This document shows, one piece after another, positions 58,232 to 64,000 of a DNA stretch of 64,000 bases. Source of the stretch: an uncultured bacterium (GTDB lineage: Bacteria; UBP6; UBA1177; JAKLFG01); assembly GCA_937871295.1 (NCBI GenBank), contig CALMRE010000243.1:1027-65026 (forward strand), given 5' to 3'. The position numbers were made by a program, and so were the translations under genes. Position 1 is the stretch's first letter; each line of letters begins with the position of its first letter. The notes under the pieces were generated by a model. That model was not told where the DNA came from. It searched no databases and saw only the letters and a list, made by a program, of their open reading frames with translations.

Positions 58232-58391
58232 GCCCCGTACTTACGGCGTGTATCCACGGGTTCACTCGCATCCAGCAACCCGCACGGCATTACCATGAAA
58301 CAACGCCCCTGATTGAGAGAGCGGAGTCGAGAAAGCGTTTCATCCGATGACAACGCAGTCACAAAATAACCAGGTTACCAAGGAGTAAAGA

Positions 58392-59645
58392 ATGAATCTT
58401 CAGGAACTCAAGAATCTCAAGAACGAAACGGTGGTCCAGATGGCCGAGGACATCGGCATCGAGAGCGCCTCTTCCAAACGGTCGCAGGAACTCATTTTCG
58501 AGGTGCTGCAGAAACTCGCCGAACGCAACGAGGCGATAACCGCCGACGGCGTCCTGCAGATACTGCCCGACGGCTTCGGCTTCCTCCGTTCGCCGCGCTA
58601 CAACTACCTTCCGGGTCCGGACGACATCTATGTGCCGCCGGCCATGATAAAGAAATACTACCTCCGCACCGGCATGACCATCGAAGGCGACATCCGCAGC
58701 CCCAAAGAGGGGGAGCGCTACTTCGCCCTGCAGAAGATCAACAGCATCTTCGACGAGACCGACCTCGATAAGATAAAGCATGTTCCGCTGTTCGACAACC
58801 TGACCCCCTTCTACCCCACCGAGAAGATACATCTCGAAACGCGGAAGAACTCGGTCATGTCGATGCGCATCATGGACCTGCTGGTCCCGATCGGCAAGGG
58901 CCAGCGCGGCCTCATCGTCGCGCCGCCCCGTACCGGCAAGACGGTCCTCCTGCAGGATATCGCCCACAGCGTCACCGCGAATCATCCCGAAGTGAAACTC
59001 ATCGTGCTGCTCATCGACGAACGTCCCGAAGAGGTCACCGACATGATGCGTTCGGTCGCGGCCGAGGTCGTCTCCTCGACCTTCGACGAACCGGCCACCC
59101 GCCACGTGCAGGTCGCCGAGATGGTGCTCGAGAAGGCCAAGCGGATGATCGAGTTCAAGTACGACGTGGTCATTCTGCTCGATTCGATAACCCGTCTCGC
59201 CCGCGCTTACAACACCGTCGTACCGCCGTCGGGAAAGATCCTGTCGGGCGGTGTGGACGCCAACGCGCTCCACAAACCGAAACGGTTCTTCGGCGCGGCG
59301 CGCAACATCGAAGAGGGCGGCTCGCTGACCATCATCGCCACGGCGCTCGTGGACACCGGCTCGCGTATGGACGAGGTCATCTTCGAAGAATTCAAGGGTA
59401 CCGGCAACATGGAGATCCACCTTGACCGGAAACTCATGGAAAAACGCATATTCCCGTGTCTCGACATCAACAAGTCGGCCACCAGAAAGGAAGAGCTGCT
59501 CCTCGAGAAGGACATCCTCAACAAGGTGTGGATACTCCGCAAGCTCCTCCACCCGCTCAATGTTATCGATTCGATGGAATTCCTGCTCGACAAGATGGGC
59601 CGGACCAAGGCCAACGACGACTTCCTCAAGGCGATGAACGCGTAA
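58392..59645 (+). CDS. rho: transcription termination factor Rho
   Basis: N-terminal RNA-binding OB domain ([11 protein letters not shown]), Walker A APPRTGKT, and an RecA-like ATPase. Confidence 0.95.
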   Translation: MNLQELKNLKNETVVQMAEDIGIESASSKRSQELIFEVLQKLAERNEAITADGVLQILPDGFGFLRSPRYNYLPGPDDIYVPPAMIKKYYLRTGMTIEGDIRSPKEGERYFALQKINSIFDETDLDKIKHVPLFDNLTPFYPTEKIHLETRKNSVMSMRIMDLLVPIGKGQRGLIVAPPRTGKTVLLQDIAHSVTANHPEVKLIVLLIDERPEEVTDMMRSVAAEVVSSTFDEPATRHVQVAEMVLEKAKRMIEFKYDVVILLDSITRLARAYNTVVPPSGKILSGGVDANALHKPKRFFGAARNIEEGGSLTIIATALVDTGSRMDEVIFEEFKGTGNMEIHLDRKLMEKRIFPCLDINKSATRKEELLLEKDILNKVWILRKLLHPLNVIDSMEFLLDKMGRTKANDDFLKAMNA

Positions 59646-60212
59646 CTACCGTTTCCCCGCGTTCGTTCTCCGCGCCCGCTGATCGCTGTTCAGATATTCC
59701 CTGCTCTTCAGCCGCAGGAACATATTGTTGGTCACGCTTTCAGGAAAGGTCCGTAACGCCCGGTTGTAAGCCAGCACCGCCGTATCGTACCGTTCGGAGG
59801 CGGCCGCGGTCTCAACCGCAAGTTGCTTGAAACGGGCGATACCGGCCGCCGGTTGGGCGTCGGACGGCTGTTCCTTGCCGGCGAACTGCCCCAACCGCTC
59901 GGCCGCCTGACCCAGCGACCGCAGATAGCGACGCGCCGGTTCGACGGCGCCGCGGTCGGTCGGGTCGACCTTGGCGAGGTCGACCGCGCCGGCGCTCTTG
60001 ATCGCCTCACGGAGGTGAACGCACGCCTCCTTCCCGGTCGCCGCCGCGCACACCGGCTCCTCGATCGAACCGAGCAACGCGACCTGTTCGGCCAGATGCC
60101 CTCCGAACTCACCCCACGCGGCGTCGGCCGCCGCACCGGCGGCGTCTATCCCCGCACGGCCGCAGCCGCAAAGCATCCCTGCGATGAACACCGAAGACAA
60201 AAAGCGCGCCAT
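59646..60212 (-). CDS. LemA-family lipoprotein
   Basis: From the ATG at 60210-60212, with lipobox AGMLCGCG. The C-terminal ERYDTAVLAYNRALRTFPESVTNNMF resembles the LemA YN.A..FP motif. Confidence 0.5.
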   Translation of the reverse strand: MARFLSSVFIAGMLCGCGRAGIDAAGAAADAAWGEFGGHLAEQVALLGSIEEPVCAAATGKEACVHLREAIKSAGAVDLAKVDPTDRGAVEPARRYLRSLGQAAERLGQFAGKEQPSDAQPAAGIARFKQLAVETAAASERYDTAVLAYNRALRTFPESVTNNMFLRLKSREYLNSDQRARRTNAGKR

Positions 60213-60346
60213 GCGGCACCTCCTCAAGACCGGCTCCATTGTACGACAGCGGGCGGCGAGGTCAAGCAAACGGTCAAATCTTGACAAAAGCGCCCTCCGG
60301 TCCGTATGATGGGAGGTCTTTACGGGATGGTTCACGGAGAGGGATC

Positions 60347-61159
60347 ATGAAACAGTTGTGTATCGCGGTGTTCCTGCTGACGGCATTGACGCTCGGCGCG
60401 CAGGAGAAGCCGGTCTTCTATTTCTTCCATTCGGAGGTCTGCCCCCACTGCGTCGAGGCGGCCCCCTTCATCGCCTTCATCAAGGAGAAGTACCCCCAGA
60501 TAGAATTCCGCGAACTGGAGGTCTACCGCAATCTCATCAACCGCGAGATCCTCAAAAAGAAGGCCAACGAACTGGGCGTGGCGAAGGTCGGCGTCCCCTT
60601 CTTCCTCATCGGCAAGAGCTACCTGTCGGGTTTTAAGAAAGGGGAATACGAGGAGAAGATACTCCTGCTTATCGAGGAACATCTCGACGCGCTGAAAAAG
60701 GGCGTTCAGCCGACCCCCGGCCCCGTCACTCCTCCCGCCCCGCCGCCGAACCCCGCCGTTCTTCTGCAGAAAGAGGCGCAGGCGATAACCGCCGCCGTGG
60801 ACGGTTGTCACGAGGGCGACCCGGCCCATGTCGGCGACTGTCTCAAAAAAGTTCAGCATCGGATAGACGAACTGATGCTGGTCATCGTCGCCCGGCTCGC
60901 CGAGATGCTCGACAAGAGCGCCAAATCGGGCAAACAGCCGGCCGGCGCGCTCCCCTCCCGCACCGCCTACTTCGATATGCAGGCGCTCTGGAAAAAACTT
61001 TCCGACCATGAAGCGGCGGCCGACGAGAAACTCTGCCGCGCCAAGAAACGGCTGTGCGACGGCATGGCGACCTATCTGACGGTGCAGAACGGACAGACCC
61101 GCATCCAGAAACTGCTCTCCGATCTTCAGACCATTCAGGAGATATCGGCGGGCAACTGA
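60347..61159 (+). CDS. secreted thioredoxin-like protein (CPHC), a paralogue of the N-terminal domain of the protein at 44910-46061
   Basis: Signal peptide. YFFHSEVCPHCVEAAPFIAFIKEKYPQIEF parallels YFFYSLSCPHCKEAHPFIQELKGRYPQITF in the other protein. Confidence 0.6.
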   Translation: MKQLCIAVFLLTALTLGAQEKPVFYFFHSEVCPHCVEAAPFIAFIKEKYPQIEFRELEVYRNLINREILKKKANELGVAKVGVPFFLIGKSYLSGFKKGEYEEKILLLIEEHLDALKKGVQPTPGPVTPPAPPPNPAVLLQKEAQAITAAVDGCHEGDPAHVGDCLKKVQHRIDELMLVIVARLAEMLDKSAKSGKQPAGALPSRTAYFDMQALWKKLSDHEAAADEKLCRAKKRLCDGMATYLTVQNGQTRIQKLLSDLQTIQEISAGN

Positions 61160-61842
61160 AGCCCCCGCGATCGCAGGAATTCCTCGGCGACCACCGCGCT
61201 CTTCTTCACGATACGCCGGTACCAGAATAACCGCAGCGCCGCACGCCGTTCCTCGTCGAGCCGCCAGTCGGGCCGTTCGGCGTGCAGACGGCGGACCAGA
61301 TGGGAGAAACTTACCGCGACGCTGACCGATATGTTGAGACTTTCGGTGAAACCGAACATCGGGATGCGGAGCGTCGCGTCGGCCGCCGCGAGCGCCGTGG
61401 CGGTCAACCCCTGTTCCTCGGTGCCGAACAGCAGCGCCACCGGCTTGTCGAGCGGCAGGTCCTCCGGCGTGTAGCCGCCCTCGTGGGGAGTGGTCGCGAC
61501 AATGCGGTAGCCCTGTTCCCGGAGCCGCGCGACGCAGGCGGCGGTATTGTCGACCGCCGGATCGCGATAACGATGGAGCGTCACCCACTTGACCGAGCCC
61601 ATCACCACATCGGGATTGACCTCGTAGCGGTTGCGGTTCTCGATGATATGGATGTTCTGGATACCGTAGCATTCGCAGGTGCGGATGGTGGCCGACGCGT
61701 TGTGCGGCTGGTAGATGTCCTCCAGCACGAGCGTCAGCCGGTCGGTGCGGTGGTCGAGCACCCGTTCGATGAGTTCCCGTTTGTGCGGGGTGATGAACGA
61801 TCCGAGATGATCGCTGAGGAGCGCCGTTATGTCGCGGTCCAT
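61135..61842 (-). CDS. trmH: SpoU/TrmH-family tRNA/rRNA 2'-O-methyltransferase
   Basis: LVLEDIYQPHNASATIRTCECYG and TESLNISVSVAV are SPOUT motifs. Confidence 0.75.
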   Translation of the reverse strand: MDRDITALLSDHLGSFITPHKRELIERVLDHRTDRLTLVLEDIYQPHNASATIRTCECYGIQNIHIIENRNRYEVNPDVVMGSVKWVTLHRYRDPAVDNTAACVARLREQGYRIVATTPHEGGYTPEDLPLDKPVALLFGTEEQGLTATALAAADATLRIPMFGFTESLNISVSVAVSFSHLVRRLHAERPDWRLDEERRAALRLFWYRRIVKKSAVVAEEFLRSRGLQLPADIS

Positions 61843-61904
61843 GCCCTTTCCTCCGTCGGTCCCTTCATGCTACTCGGCGCGCCGATTTTTGCAATGTTCG
61901 TTGA

Positions 61905-63965
<2,061 letters not shown>

Positions 63966-64000
63966 CCAGCAAAAATATCCCCGCTAAACTTTAACAGAAA

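Noticed and set aside
55210-58362. 1050-aa ORF antisense to lon
   Set aside because: lon is unambiguous on the plus strand. The antisense ORF is an open frame produced by GC3 bias.

Overview
This is a high-GC bacterial chromosomal segment, about 65% GC by eye, and it is mostly core housekeeping DNA. Recognisable genes are ahcY, a ComEC-like channel protein, GT4 and GT2 glycosyltransferases, a SPOR-domain protein, an NAD operon (a CN-hydrolase gene, nadE and nadD on separate frames), malQ, a NupC-family transporter, a carboxyltransferase, pgsA, ogt, a MATE transporter, galU, priA, a five-tRNA cluster (Pro, Arg, His, Lys, Leu) followed by tig-clpP-clpX-lon, then rho, trmH and ligA. There are also many secreted or lipoproteins with acidic D/T/P-repeat linkers and Cys-rich domains, a C25 (gingipain-like) peptidase, a lamin-tail-domain lipoprotein, and a histidine kinase / response regulator / sigma54-activator cluster. 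Two visibly AT-rich segments look foreign. (1) An insertion at the 3' end of malQ (about 21.1-23.3 kb) is bracketed by a decayed copy of roughly 81-110 bp of the malQ 3' end, and it carries an AlbA_2 + HATPase_c_4 ATPase gene and a small membrane-protein gene with no integrase. (2) A segment immediately upstream of the tRNA cluster (about 49.6-52.0 kb) carries a HipB-like/HipA toxin-antitoxin pair and a low-GC ankyrin-repeat membrane protein. Other oddities are a 161-bp palindromic, MITE-like element whose terminal inverted repeat supplies the stop codon of the C25 peptidase, and a tiny secreted CXXCH protein that is translationally coupled to the two-component pair. No CRISPR array, rRNA gene, integrase or transposase was seen. 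Several long ORFs in the supplied track are antisense artefacts of high GC content. All GC statements are by eye and were not computed.
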